DNA of 64,000 nucleotides from Syncephalis fuscata S228 (GCA_025786725.1 JAHLTZ010000005.1:1-64000); one strand, 5' to 3'; counted from the stretch's first letter, positions 11,926 to 26,084 are shown. Notes: generated by a model not told the origin, from the letters alone. Made by a program: numbers and translations.

Positions 11926-14900
11926 ATGGCCAACTCGACAGCGCCACAGACCACAGCAAAAGGGCGCCGTACACGAGCTCTACTTAAGAGCTACTATGGA
12001 CTATCCGACCATAATGCCGCCGACCCTCTTGATATTGGTATGAAGATGACCGCTAGCTTTGACACGTAGAATGACTTTTAAATGCTAGGTGGTACTTCGT
12101 TTGAGCCCAACTTGTACACCAAGAAACTTATCCAAGAACGCAGTACGCCCCAGCTATTAGTACGTCACAATGAACTTATTACAGGTGGGTACATAAACGA
12201 ATTACGTGTATATGTTTATTTATATAGGTTGGTAGAGGTGCGCCAGCTGGATAGTGATATGAAATCACTGGTCTATGAAAATTACGATAAGTTTATTAGT
12301 GCTACAGACACGATGCGACAGGTAGGCAATTGGATAGATTTAATTACGATGTTATTAATAAATGGCAAATAAAGATGAAAAGTCGTTTAATGTCGATGAA
12401 AGAACAACTCGGCGAGTTAAATCAACGTGTTGAACGAGCCAGTCGATCAGACAAACTAGTAAGTGGAGATCTGGCCGAGGATCAGAGTCGCATTTTGACC
12501 CTCGATAAAGAACATCATACACTTAATGAGGTAACAGGATAATAACATGTCAAGGAATATTAATTAAATACAACTGTAATGTTAGTTGGGTGTTTTATTT
12601 GAACTACCCAGTTTATTGTTATCCCATCTGGCACACGATGAGTTGGCCGCGGCGGTTAAAGCATTTCGACAAGCTGCACCGTTACTGGAACAGTTCCACA
12701 ATGAGCCCGGCTATGAAGGCATTGAGTCGGAAAGTAGAGAGATTATGGCCAAAGTTGCTCAACAGCTACAAAAGAATCTACACAATGATCGGGTAAGTGA
12801 ATAAATAAATAGTTAATTAATTAAACAGTCGATTAACTATTATAATACACATTAGGCTGATTGTTCATTTATCGCCGATGCTACGGGATTGTTAATTGGT
12901 ACGGAAAGTGTTGATATGGATCAATTACGTCAACAATTTGTGACACGGTGGGTGATTTGTGCCTCTATAGACGCACGTGTATTGATTAATAAATCGGTAG
13001 AACTACATGGCGATTAAATCAAGTTTGTGAGCGGCTTTCTGAAGTAACAACGAGAAAAGGCAGTTATCTAGATCGACAGGGTGCCACACTAGTTATGGAT
13101 GCTATGTCCTCAATTCATACAACACTAGTGGCCGAGTTGAATTTGGCTGTATCGTGTTATGAGGAATGCTTCCTTTCTACCGAAGCAGCAGCATCTCCTC
13201 AGGCCCCTAACGAGGAACATCCTACATGGTATAGAATGGCCCGACCTGCAGATATAGTAAGTAGTAAAATCTATTTTAACTATACATCATAAACTAAATG
13301 GCTGCAATGACGATAATGACAATAGACAGTGACTGGTGCATTGCAAGAGTGGACAGCACCTATTATTCAAAAGTATACAGATCTTGTACGCCAAGTACTG
13401 TCATTGCCAGTAAGTAGTACAATACAATACGTATTTACTCTATTTACTTGTTATCATAATTATAGGAGGATATTATATCATTAGATGCTGCAAAAGCGGC
13501 ATCAGTGGTTGATCTCTTATTTGAACAATTGAAAAAGGCCACTGTACTTGTTCGCTGTACATCAATTGAGGCAAGAGTTCAATTGCTCGTATTAGACTGG
13601 TTTAAACTATTAGTAGACCAGCTATTCGGATACCCACATAATCAATTAGTCAGTAAGTAATACTTTATAATATATATATATATATATAACTAATTTGCCA
13701 ATATTGATATTAATATTGATAAGACGCTATGAAGAAGGCGTGTGAGATAAATGATAAAGAGCCTGGCAATGCATTTGATGCTGTCGTAGCCTACGAGACA
13801 TTATTAATGGAGAATTTAGTTGATCGTATTTTACCCTTGTTGGCTGTAAGTTATTTAGTAACCATAGTGATAATAATAACAGTGGTGTTAATGACAATAT
13901 CCATTTTATTAGACATTGATGAATCAAAGTGAAATATGGCGACACCAATTAGAAAAATCATCACCTTTAGTGTCTATTATTCAAGCGTCTACACGTCGAT
14001 TCTGGATGTCTTTATTGGATGAATTTTTGGTATGTACTATAGCTATTAAGACAGCCACGCTGTCATAATTATATTGTATTAAATAGCTAATGAATGAACA
14101 GCTATTATCTCGGTCACGTCAATTAACCTATGTACATACACACACGCTAATTATCGCTGCCAATTTATGTATGGATTTCGAAGCAGCAACTGTTGAATCG
14201 GTCTATGATAATTTCTGTAAACAACTGTCACCAGAATTCTCGAGTGACGACTTTGATCGATGGTGGGATCAAGGCGGCAATGGTCCTGATGTCTTATCAA
14301 ACAATCCAATACATGTATGGCGACGTGAAAGCCAACAAGTCATTAGCCGTTGCAAAGCTGCTTCTAATGTAGGCTACACTGGCTGTTTAGTATGGATAAA
14401 ATAACCCAATATTTAACACTATTTTAGGAGCTTATTAATCGCTATGTGGCGTTGTCAGGTCAGCGATTAGCATCTGGTCTTTCAACAGTATTTGAACTGA
14501 AAGATTGGCGAATTACCAGCACATCAGCCCAGCATAGTCCATTCTGGGATGTGATGCTAGCTGATTGGAAACGGGCCTGTACCGATGTCCGATTGCTACT
14601 TGGTGATGATGACGAAGATGAAGATGACGAAGAAGGCGGTAATAACGTTGCCTCACCTCAAAAAGGAAAGGAAAAGGACCAGCATACTGTTTTATCCGAG
14701 AGAGAGGGCGATCGTATGGGTAAGTGGATCGAAGTGTAGTAGTAATGTCCTTGATTAATATCATGTCTAGAACGAGCCAGCATCCGGTCTACACGGACTT
14801 CTCGAACACGGTTCAGTAGTCTTTCGGGTGGACATGCTTCTGCACGTGGATCACGCAATATGATGGGACAAAGTCCATTGATGAAATCGGCGACCAACCG

Positions 14901-15372
14901 TCAAAATCGACTCTCTACAGCACCAGAACCGCTATGGATGAATCAGACAGCCAATACCGGCCATCTATGGCTCAAAGATGTGGGAAAGTTATTTGTACAG
15001 AAGATCCAAGTACTAGGCAACGTGCCTATCGATTGCCGAACCATTCAAGTAGCTATACTACGTGTAGCCCTTAAGGTAGATAATGGCATGCTTATAATTG
15101 CCATCTTATTTATCTATCTATTTATTTTGTAGGCCTATGCGGAACTAGCACGTATTCCCGCCTATTCCGCTGAGGGACAAGCCCAGATGGAACTAGATGT
15201 GCAGTATGTCGCGCAGAATATTAAAGAATCGATTGGCGAAGAAAAGTAAGTAAAATAATGGCACTTTGATGATGATGATAATAACGACTAACACCACAAT
15301 AGTACGCTGATACAACTGCTAAATGAAGCTATTGGTGCAGTACACCGTCGGTGCTTACAGCACCTAGGTTAA
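11926..15372 (+). CDS. VPS51: Vacuolar protein sorting 51, copy 2
   Basis: Near-identical to 1062-4503. Confidence 0.88.
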
Positions 15373-15762
15373 TAGCTGGTGAATTGCATATGATCATTTA
15401 AAAATCAATCGTGCTACTTCATGGATACTACAATTATTATGCCATATGATATGGCAAGATGTGCATAGGCGTGCTGTTTGTTACAAAGAAATGTCAAATA
15501 GTTATATTCAATTATATATGAATGACTGATTTATTAGTCTTTAATTAATATAATTTTTATTACATTCAAGCCTTTATATTCTATAATCTATGTGAATATT
15601 TAGTTGCATTTCTATTATCAATACTAACTAAACAATATGGTACTACCAAAGTGCAACAAGCCAATAAATTGGGCTGCGTTCGTAAGACTTTACCCACACG
15701 TAACAACCTTTTTTCTTCTACTCTTGCTGCCTTTGCTATTATATTGACAACTCGCTATTATC

Positions 15763-16731
15763 ATGGTCACTGCTGCTGCTGTACAGGAGGCGGTTAGCCA
15801 CATTCTAAACACACTGCCGTCTCATGCTATCCCTAAAGTGGGCATTGTTTGTGGTAGCGGTTTAGGCGGCCTGGGTGCGCAGCTAACAGATGCCACTTTT
15901 TACAATTATCATACGATTCCTGGCTTTCCCGTCAGCACGGTTAGCGGCCATGCAGGTAAACTAGCGTTTGGAGAATACGGCGGCAAGCGTGTAGTCTGTA
16001 TGGTGGGTCGTTTCCACTACTACGAAGGCCATGAGATTGCCCATACATCTTTTCCAATTCGTGTTCTACATCAGCTTGGTGTAGAAACTTTATTAGGTAA
16101 GTCAAGAAAGCAAATTAAGCTAGCCATCGTATTTACACCTTATTGTTATATGTATCCAGTTACCAATGCCTCAGGAGGACTGCATCCAGACTGGAATGTC
16201 GGTGACTTTACACTGATATATGATCATCTTGCTTTGCCTTCTCTGGCCGGTTTGAATGCTCTTCGTGGCAAGAACGAGGCTGATTTTGGTCCGCGCTTCC
16301 CTGGCATGACTAATGCCTATCCAGTTGAATTGCGTCGATTGGCAGTTGAAGCTGCAAACGACATTTCATTGCCACGCGAATGGCTACGAGAGGGCGTCTA
16401 CTGCTTTGTAGGCGGCCCCAGCTACGAGACTCCTGCTGAGGCGCGTGCTCTTCGCTCGCTAGGCGGTGATTTGGTCGGCATGTCTACAGTACCCGAGGTT
16501 ATTGTTGCCAATCATTGTGGTATGCGCGTATTGGCCATTGCTCTAATTACGAACCGTGTGCGTGCATCGCGTGGCGAGCTCGTTCTAGGCGCAGACGCCG
16601 ACATTAAAGCGGCTGAAGCATTGGAGGACAGCAGCATTAAAGCACCCACTCATGAAGAAGTACTTGCAATGGGCCAGGAACGTGCCAAGGATTTAGAGCG
16701 TTGGGTCAAGCGTATTCTAGAAAAGCTTTAG
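15763..16731 (+). CDS. PNP1: Purine nucleoside phosphorylase, copy 2; intron 16097-16159
   Basis: As copy 1, with two N-terminal substitutions (I11V, S16N). Confidence 0.95.
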   Translation: MVTAAAVQEAVSHILNTLPSHAIPKVGIVCGSGLGGLGAQLTDATFYNYHTIPGFPVSTVSGHAGKLAFGEYGGKRVVCMVGRFHYYEGHEIAHTSFPIRVLHQLGVETLLGKSRKQIKLAIVFTPYCYMYPVTNASGGLHPDWNVGDFTLIYDHLALPSLAGLNALRGKNEADFGPRFPGMTNAYPVELRRLAVEAANDISLPREWLREGVYCFVGGPSYETPAEARALRSLGGDLVGMSTVPEVIVANHCGMRVLAIALITNRVRASRGELVLGADADIKAAEALEDSSIKAPTHEEVLAMGQERAKDLERWVKRILEKL

Positions 16732-17975
16732 TCATTAGTATGGCGACTAAATAATAGCAATAAATGAGCAGTGGTTGATTATTGTTTGCGCTATTCACCA
16801 ACCAAAAAATAATAATAATAATATATGATTTGCAATTAAATAAATGCTGTGTATTATTAAGCATTGATGGCTTTTAAATTTAAACACTGTTATTAAATAT
16901 ATAACATTTGATTATTAGATCAAGAATGATTTGAAAATTGTAGCTGTATTAATTTGCAACATATTTTTGGAAACATTGTAATAATTATATACTGTTTACT
17001 TTATTTTATGTTTTACGTAATAATGAGTTTTTAATATAAATAAATCATTGTTTTATAACATAAAATAGTTGCATATGTAAGCTATATTTAGTTATACGGC
17101 ATATGATGTCGATAATGATTTATTAAATTATATATTGAATTTAAATGGTGCTGCATATTTACGCATAAAATACAATGATTGTAAACCACTGTTTACACAA
17201 TATCCAAAGCTTAAAGCACTATTGAATTATTGGCGCTGTTGTGTAAATTTATTGCTATAAATACAGTTTGAAATTTAAAAATGCTTAACATCCGTCATTT
17301 ATTCAGTTATAATGTGGCTGACTATTAAAAATAATCATATGCCAAGAAATAATGAACCTTGAATTTGACTGTCGTCAATTTAATTCAGGCCATCCATGAA
17401 AGCTATAATTTGGGCCTATATCATTATCATGCCTATTAATTGGGTTGTTTTAATTAAATTAAAGGGCTATTAGATACATAAAAGGTTTATGAGCAAATTT
17501 TGGCCTATGTTTTTCGCCTTTATGTAGTTTGAGCAATAAACAATAAATATTAGACACAGCAGTACTTTAATGCCATTATCAATCGTGTGCTGTTCAGCCG
17601 CTTAATACGAGGCCTTATTAATGCACTGTACTACTTTTGGGATATGAGTTAGCCAAGATTTGGTAAATTGTGTATAGCATAATAATATTTGATACGAATT
17701 AGTGACAGGCATATGTATATCCAGTGCCGATTTGTCGGTAATGTGTGATTGTATCTTTATTACATTATAAACTCGGGCTTGCATCGCGTAGATGTGGCAC
17801 TTAATATAAAAGCTGCGCTCGTTGGAGTATTCTTGTAGCGCATTATAGCCACACATCATTATTTTTAAGTTTGATATCTTACCAGCTACGCGATCCATCT
17901 ACAACAATTTAACTTACAACTAACATTGTTTTTAACCTATTTGCGTATTGCAATCATTGGCTTTTTATTATCAAC

Positions 17976-19934
17976 ATGCACATCGATCTATGTACTGCTT
18001 CGCTGATTTTGATATTTGTCGGTGCTGCTTCATGTGCCAACCAACGGATTGAGGTTGACTCTATCATTCCCAAGATTAACGTCGATTCTGCAGTTCGCAC
18101 TTTGTCGCCCAATCTAGGCAGCTACAAACCACCAGCGTCATTTACACCGCACAATGCACAAGAAGTTGCGCTTGAGTTTGCTCGTTCGCAGCTCCATATC
18201 AAGGATGGTGACTTTGTTGTGACCACCTCGCACAAATCCAAGCTCAGCGGTACCACCCATGTCTACCTTCAGCAAACCATCAAAGGCATTAAAGTCTCCA
18301 ATGGTGTCATGGGTGTTCATGTCGACAAAGCAAACAAGATCATTGCCTATGACGACAGCTTCTTCAAGACCAACACAGCTAACCAGTTGGTAGCTCAACC
18401 ACGTAAAACATGGCATGGCCAGACCGCCGGATTTGTTTCTCCAGCCGATGCTTTGGGTATACTTGCCACACACATCAACCAGCAATTCGATGCCAGCAAG
18501 GTCCAAGTTGTACCACAGGCCAAGTCTACAAGTGGTGGTCAGTCATACCTGCTCAAGAATGTTGGTTTTACCAAGTCTGCTGTAAAGGCATCGCAATCAT
18601 ACATTCAAACAAACGCCAATGAAGTAGAGCCTGCTTGGGAATTTACAGTCAAGCTACCACTCAATTATTTCTCGGCCCATGTATCGGCTGATGGCACCAA
18701 AATACTCGCGCTGAGTGATTTAATATCTTTTGCCAGCTACAATGTTGTTAAATTTGGCAACAATAATCCTATCGATACACCACTTCAAACCGTCACGAAT
18801 CCAGCTGACAAGACTGCATCACCAAATGGCTGGCACACACAGGGAAGCAAAAGATTTACCACTACGGTTGGTAACAATGTGTTTGCTCAGGCCAACTATA
18901 GACTTGAAGACGCAAATGGTGATGGCATTGATGATAACGAATCCAAATGGAAAAACGCCCCTCGTCCAGATGGTGGAAAGAATCTAAATTTCAATTTTAC
19001 ATACAACGCTGAGAAAGCACCAAAAGACAATATCAACGCATCCGTTACTAACTTGTTTTATGTCACCAATGTTTTGCACGATCTTTTTTATCAATATGGC
19101 TTTGATGAAGCTGCTGGTAATTTTCAAGAAGACAATGGCAACAAAGGTGGCAAGGGTGGCGACGCTGTAGCTGCTCAGGCATTGCATGGCTATGATTCTC
19201 CAGGATATCGTAGCGGTGCGTTTTTTTAGCTCTAGCTGATGGTTCACGGCCAACGATGTTGATGCTTGGCTTTGACGATATAAGCCCAGGTCGTGATGGT
19301 GCTTTTGAAAATGATATCATTGCACATGAATATGGTCACGGTGTCTCTAGCCGACTCACTGGTGGCTCTCATAATGCTATATGTTTGCAGACACTGGAAT
19401 CTAGAGGCATGGGCGAAGGGTGGAGCGACTTCTTTGCTTATTGGACCGAGATGAAGGCATCAGATAATTTTACTAAAAACGCTGAAATATGCCGCTACGC
19501 CGCTGGTAAAAATATTCGCCATCATCCATACTCAACTGACATGGCCGCAAATCCCAAGACCTATGATTATTTAAATCAGCCCAATGGAATAATGAGGAAC
19601 ATAAAATTGGTGAAATTTGGGCCACAATGTTGTACGAGGTTTATTGGAGCTTTGTTAATAAGCTTGGATTCCAACAAAACAAATACTCGCCGACATTTCA
19701 AAGGGTAATACGCTGTTAATGCAGATTATCGTTGATTTTTAAACTACAGCCGTGCAATCCAACATTCCTTCAAGCTCGAGATGCCATGCTACAGGCTGAA
19801 CAGCAATTGACTGGTGGTAAACATGCTTGTGAAATCTGGCGTGGATTTGCCAAGCGAGGTCTTGGATATAAGGCCGCTTCTCAAGATCTTACAAGACGGC
19901 CGATACTAGCTTACCATCCAACTGTAAAGCATAA
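17976..19934 (+). CDS. Fungalysin (M36 metalloprotease), copy 2, with several frameshifts
   Basis: ORF pieces 17976-19229, 19256-19708 and 19732-19992 carry [35 protein letters not shown] and LQPCNPTF. Confidence 0.88.
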
Positions 19935-20754
19935 TTATGTATTTGCTTTACTAACGAATAAATATAACAGGTTACATAAACTTGCAATGTGACAATCATT
20001 TACTCAGATGTTTACTATATACATTAATGCAACAACTTGTTAAATCTAATATTTTATTATTGTTTTATAAAGCATTATTACATAAGTTAATAATTATGTA
20101 TTGTGATATTTAACATAAATATATTGTTATAATATATTAAAGCTAATAGTTTGTTATTGTAAATATGATAAATAATAGCGTTACAATGAAATAAAAGTAG
20201 CAATCATAAGTATATTACTATGCTTAAAGATGTAATTAAACAATCCTGCTTTCTATTTGTTTAGAAAAACTAACCAATTACATATCTAATTTTTATGTAG
20301 TAGAAAATAGTATCAGAAATACAGATAGGAGTGTTTATTAAGATACAAATTGCCAGAAAATAGATAAATTGTATTACCAAATATAATAATGATAATTTAC
20401 AAAATTTATTTTACTGCAAACAATCAAACAAATAATAACCAAGTTGATATAAGATAATTATTATTTTATTTGATGTTCATACAGATGCAATACATACATT
20501 ATAATAGTAGCTGGTTATAAATAATGACACAAATAATAATAATAATAGCAATAAAATACATACTTTAAATGCAATAAGATAATACAATAATGATTTATTA
20601 TAAATCTCAATATAACAAGATATTAGTTTTAACATATTGTTATTTATAAACTTTTAGTTCAATTTAATAATCATTTATTGTAAGGTTTAATATAGATCTA
20701 CTAAGCGTTTGTATAATTATAACGTAAATAACTTGCAATAATATTATAAAGTTA

Positions 20755-22168
20755 CTATTTACGTTCACTTTTCGCTTTCTTGGCCTTTTTAGATTTAGGC
20801 TTATCCTCTTTTTCCAACGATGAATACTGTCGCTTTGATTTAGATGACTTTTCTACTGGCAACTCGTCTAACGCTTCAACTTTTTTATCTTTCTTTTCTT
20901 TCTTTTCCTTTTTATCCTTCTTTTCCTTCTTCTTGTCCTTCTTGTCTTCTTTAGTCTTGGATACTATTGTAGTTGTACATGTACTACTTGCTACAGTAAA
21001 TTCCATAGAAGCCATTGATCTTGAAGTAATTGATGTTTCTGAACTGGTAAAGCCTAATCCCATGATTGGTCGACTATCTTCCCAGTTTTCCTCGGCATCA
21101 GCTGTATCTATATATATAGATTGTTTTTGTTAAATACCAGCAATACATATATAATACTAAACTTACCTAGATTAGCAGTAGCAATACCAGTCAGTCCACT
21201 CATAGTTTTTAGTTTGGCTGCAAAATAGTCTCGTGTACTAAGTTGACTTGTTTTAAGTGAGTTTTCTAAATCAATGGTTGACTCATCGATCTATATCCAG
21301 TTAATCGATGCTTAATGTTGTTGTAATAATACATTAAAACTACCTACCTTTGCATCATCACCGCTTTCTTCTTTTTCTTCCTCGCTATTATTACTGCTTT
21401 CTGTTACTTCTTTAGACGCAGTTGTTGATGTACGAACACCGAGAATTTCTGCCAAATCTTTTGCATTATAATTACTGACTCGTTTGTTACGTAAAAAGCG
21501 AGATCTCGATCTGTTAACTATTAGCCTAATGTAATTATAATATTTAATTTAACTTACGCCAATCGAATGGCTGTGGGCGCAGCAGCTGCTACTTTCTCAT
21601 TCTTCTCCTCTTCTTCCTCCTCCTCTGATGACACATCCTTTTTCACTTTCTTCATTTCTTTTTCTTCTCCTTCTTCTCCTTCTTACTCTTCTTTACTTGC
21701 TTATTCTCCTTTTCTTCACTTGACGAAGATGCAGCCGACTCTTCCGCTTCTCCGCCGTTTAATCGTTTAAGAACATCATCAAACCCTGAACTATTGGCAA
21801 TCCAATTATCTACGGTTTTTTTATCGGCACCCACACCCAACTGATCTTCCTTAAGTCGTACTTTTAAATGTTCTACTACGCCTTGTTCGTCTTTACCAAG
21901 GCCTACAGATAATTGAATAATATATTAGTCATTTTAATATACTTATGGTGTAATCACTTATACACGCTTATATACACCGCTTACCTTTACCGGGGGCCCA
22001 CCCCATCTTCTCGAGCATCTTAAAGCCAAACTTATCCGTATCTGTAAATAAACCAATGTCAATGACAACAATAATAGCGATTCTACCAGATTACTTACTA
22101 TTACTCCATGCCAAATTGTTTGGATCGCGTGAAATACGCTGTTTAACCTTACGACCGGCTAGACCCAT
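20755..22168 (-). CDS. PXR1: PXR1/PINX1 G-patch ribosome biogenesis factor with KKE/KKD-rich tail, spliced
   Basis: MGLAGRKVKQRISRDPNNLAWSN|DTDKFGFKMLEKMGWGPGKG|LGKDEQG...LGVGA...FDDVLKRLN, followed by lysine-rich low-complexity exons. A frameshift near 21650 is probable. Confidence 0.85.
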
Positions 22169-22378
22169 TATATAAATAATATATATTTATGTTAACTGAA
22201 AATAAGCAAACAAAATAGGTACAGCAATGAATTCCAGCTAAAACGACGTAAAAAAAGAAAAAAGTCGGATTTTTTGTATTTTTATTTATAATCCATTTGC
22301 ACGATGTACACAGTAAACACCTTATCATTTCAAACGAATCCTTTATTTAAAACCCATTTAAAATAGTATGAATGGCCA

Positions 22379-24395
22379 TTAGGCGCGGTTAGAGAGAGCA
22401 GTCACACCTGGCAATTCTTTGCCTATAGTTATATAATCAATTAAATGTCAATTGTGCTATTTCATAGTACTTACCTTCTAGCAATTCCAAACTGGCACCA
22501 CCACCAGTGCTCACATGGCTCAATTTGCTTTCAGCGCCCCATTTAGCAGCTACTGTAGCGGTATCACCACCACCTATATAGCATAAATGTAATAGGCACA
22601 TTATTAGTTAAATCTAACATCCAACTATACATTTACGTACCAACAATAGATGTAGCACCATTCTCGGTGGCTGTGATCACGGCATCTAACACAGCACGAG
22701 TTCCTTTGGCAAAGTTTTCAAATTCAAACACACCAGGTGGTCTATACACATTATATATATATATGTATGTGCACACATACATATAAAATAAACACAGAAT
22801 AAATTAAATAAACCATTTATGTAACTATATGTGTGATATCGACTTACCCATTCCATAGAATGGTCTTTGCTTGAAGAATAACCTTGCGGAAATCATTTAC
22901 ACTATCTGGGCCACAGTCCAGTCCCTAATGTAATTGTTAATACATAATAGTATATTGATCCTTTACTGCTTACTAGCCAGCCATCGGGAATACCACAGCA
23001 TCAGTAGCGGTACCAGTCTAGTTAACAACGATTAAATAATTAAATAAAATAAATAAAGGTTATAAATTTCAATAATTTACACACCACAGCATCCTTGGCA
23101 AACTTGTCTCCAGTAATATAATCAGTAGGGAAATGAAGCTGAACATTTTGTTTATCGGCCTTTTCCACGATTTCCTTGACAATCTTGGCACCTTCTTCAT
23201 CATACAATGAATTACCAATCTAATATTGTATTTGTATTAGTCTAGTCTATTTATCAAATATTGTTTAATTTACCTTGACATTTTCAAGGGCCTTTTTAAA
23301 CGTAAAAGCCATACCCCGCCAATAATCATGCTATTGACCTTATCAAGTAGATTGTAGATCAACTGAATCTTGTCAGATACCTTGGCACTAATATTAATAT
23401 AATTAATAGAGCTCTTATATAAATATATAGCTATATTAGATGTGTTATTACCCTCCAATAATGGCCAAAAATGGACGTTGAGGTGCTTCCAATGCTTTAG
23501 CAAAAAACTCCAACTCCTTCTTCATCAATAATCCAGATGCTTTTTGAGGCAAATTAACACCGACCATCGAGCTACAATAGTGTTAATATAAAAGTAGTTA
23601 ACTATATAAATAAGCTAATATATGCAAATTAACAGCTCATTTACCTATGAGCACGATGAGCAGTGCCAAATGCATCATTTACGTAGATATCGCCCAATTT
23701 AGAGAGAGAAGCACGGAAGGCGTCAACATCTTCCTTTGCAGCCTTGACCTAGTACTATTTATTAATAATCTAGATGATAAATTTAAATTAGCTTATTTAC
23801 CTTGACATTGTTGGCATCTTTGGCGGCACCTTCTTCCTCAATGTGAAAACGAAGATTCTCAAGTAGAATAACTTGGCCTGTATTATTTTATTACGATTAT
23901 ACAAAAGAAGCTAATAAACGCCACTTACCGTTATCGGCATTGGCACATGCTTGTTCGACATCAGGACCAACACAGTCCTTAAGGAAGGTTACTGGATGAT
24001 TAAGCAGCTTCTTAAGCTCTTCTGCCACTGGTTCCAAAGAGTATTTGGCCACTACTTTGCCATCTGGTCGACCTAAATGGCTCATCAAGATAACAGCACG
24101 TGCGCCTTGTAACGACAACCACAACAGCAATTAGACCAATTAGTCATTATAAATAGTAAATACTTACCATTATCAAGTGCATATTGAATTGTTGGTAGTG
24201 CAGCAACAATACGCTGATTGTTACTGATCTTGCCATCCTCAAATGGAACGTTAAAGTCAACGCTATTATTCGATGTTAATGTTATAGTAATACACAGCAA
24301 ATAACCAGTAGATAAACTTACCGAATCAATACACGTTTGCCCTTCACGTCAACATCGGTAATAGACAACTTGTTACTCAATTTATTGTCAGACAT
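22379..24395 (-). CDS. PGK1: Phosphoglycerate kinase, many short exons
   Basis: [25 protein letters not shown]|[70 protein letters not shown]. Confidence 0.97.
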
Positions 24396-24785
24396 ATTGG
24401 AGGTGGTTTGCAAGAACAATAGTCAATTGGAAACTACAAAATGAACAAAAGACGTACGTAAGAGATGGCGGCTAGTTACGGAACCAACTGCGATACAACG
24501 TGGTTTTAATCAATTAAATCCGCCATTCACGCCATTTGATTGGCGGATCCATCGCCACTAATTATGTGATGACGTTGTCCTTACCAACAAAGTGACCAAC
24601 ACCGTCAAATCGAACATGTAATAGAAGCAATGATATACACAATAGCAAGTGTTGTGTTACTTCAATGTTATCATAAATTTATTGGTAAAAACATTCAACG
24701 AATCAAGACCTTGGATTACCGGAATACGCTGAAAAAAGAAAAGACTGAATTACCAGGCACGTCTACTACGAGGGTACTGCCATGA

Positions 24786-25180
24786 CTAGACACCGCCACC
24801 ACTACGTCTTACGTCGCCGCCAAGTCGATTCTGTCGATCTACCCAGTCTCTATCGACAGCCGCTTGATCACCGGCAATAGCTAGTCGGCTTTGGTGCCGG
24901 TTGTAGTAGACCCATGCGCAATAACCGAACACAGGCAAAGTCGCCCTATCCAACGAGTCATATTAGTATGGATTGCTGCCATTAATCAACAATACCGATA
25001 TGAATAGGCCAGCAGATAAACAAAGATGGTGCATTCAGCGATGAACAGGCCACTATTCTACCATCATGACAGCCTTGAAGGTTCTCCTACGCCTATGCTG
25101 GTACTAGTCAAATAGCGACTGCAGCCCACTTACCACACAAAGAATCCGGGACGGTAGTTACTACGAGGCCCACCCAACAT
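24786..25180 (-). CDS. 68-aa single-transmembrane microprotein (exons 25180-25134 and 24945-24786); probable 5'UTR intron 25202-25328
   Basis: Donor GTAAGT, branch TACTAAT and acceptor TAG. The spliced 207 nt read MLGGPRSNYRPGFFVWATLPVFGYCAWVYYNRHQSRLAIAGDQAAVDRDWVDRQNRLGGDVRRSGGGV*. Confidence 0.75.
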
Positions 25181-26084
25181 ATTGCCAATGTTATCGCTAG
25201 TCTGTTTACAATAAATAAGCAAGTAAGTAAAGTTAGTCAATCTACTGATGAGTAACACTGTTGTTGTTACTGTTGTTACTATTCGTAACAACAGCAATAG
25301 CAATAGTAATATAGCCACGGTAACTTACTAGAATAGTTCAGTAGACAGAAAATAAAGTAGATACACTTCGTTAACAATTCCAGTATGTTACTGTACCAAG
25401 GATAACAATATGAACAACACAATCAAAAAGCAGTCAAGATAGAGAAAGATAAAGCAGTCGGTAGACAGAGATGGATAGCTGGATAATAGCGGTGGTTGGT
25501 TGTGAGGGAGAGGTTGGTCTGCGCGAAAGTGAGAAAAGGAGTATAAGAGGTGTCAACATTGATGGCTGTGGTTTCAGTGGAATGACCACCTGATCGTGTG
25601 TACATGTGTGCGGTGTTGGTATTGGTATTTGTAGTGTATTGTGTATATTTAATAGATTATTCGCCATTGCCATTGTCACCATAAGTCTGTGGGGTATACA
25701 AGTTTATAATTATAATAGGATAGTCATAGTACTAATCTGTCCCAATCACTCACGTGATTTATGCCAGTTCATCTATTTATTAGTTTGACAGTTTCTACAT
25801 CGATCCCCTGAAAATTTTTTATCAAAAAATAAGACACTAACTATTGCACACACACAAATCAACGATAAATGCTAATGGTCCACACTATTCATAGAGACAC
25901 CCACACTCACCCAGTGTCATAGTAATAATACTAATGCTAGTAATAATCATAATTGCATCCCCTGTCGAAACTGGGAAAATGACCACGATACACTCGCCGC
26001 GGCTCAGCCTTTCTTTTCTTCCTCCTCTTTTCCACCATTTACTACTGCGGACGGCCGACTGTTGCTGCTCGTATTTGATTAGCC

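Larger units (their letters stand above)
10869..20138. repeat. Copy 2 of the tandem segmental duplication
   Basis: Same gene order (ZCCHC9, VPS51, PNP, fungalysin) with scattered substitutions and indels relative to 1-9259. Confidence 0.97.

Noticed and set aside
22340-22381. Cryptic peroxisomal PGK isoform by stop readthrough, as known in other fungi
   Set aside because: The stop is TAA TGG, not TGA CTA, and the extension (WPFILF*) has no PTS1.
24518-24548. Inverted repeat ATCCGCCA...TGGCGGAT in the PGK promoter
   Set aside because: The arms are only 8 bp and it is a single instance; it could be paired factor sites but is not supportable.
24946-25133. TPP riboswitch in the microprotein intron
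   Set aside because: The CTGAGA and GATAATACC/GCG core motifs are absent.
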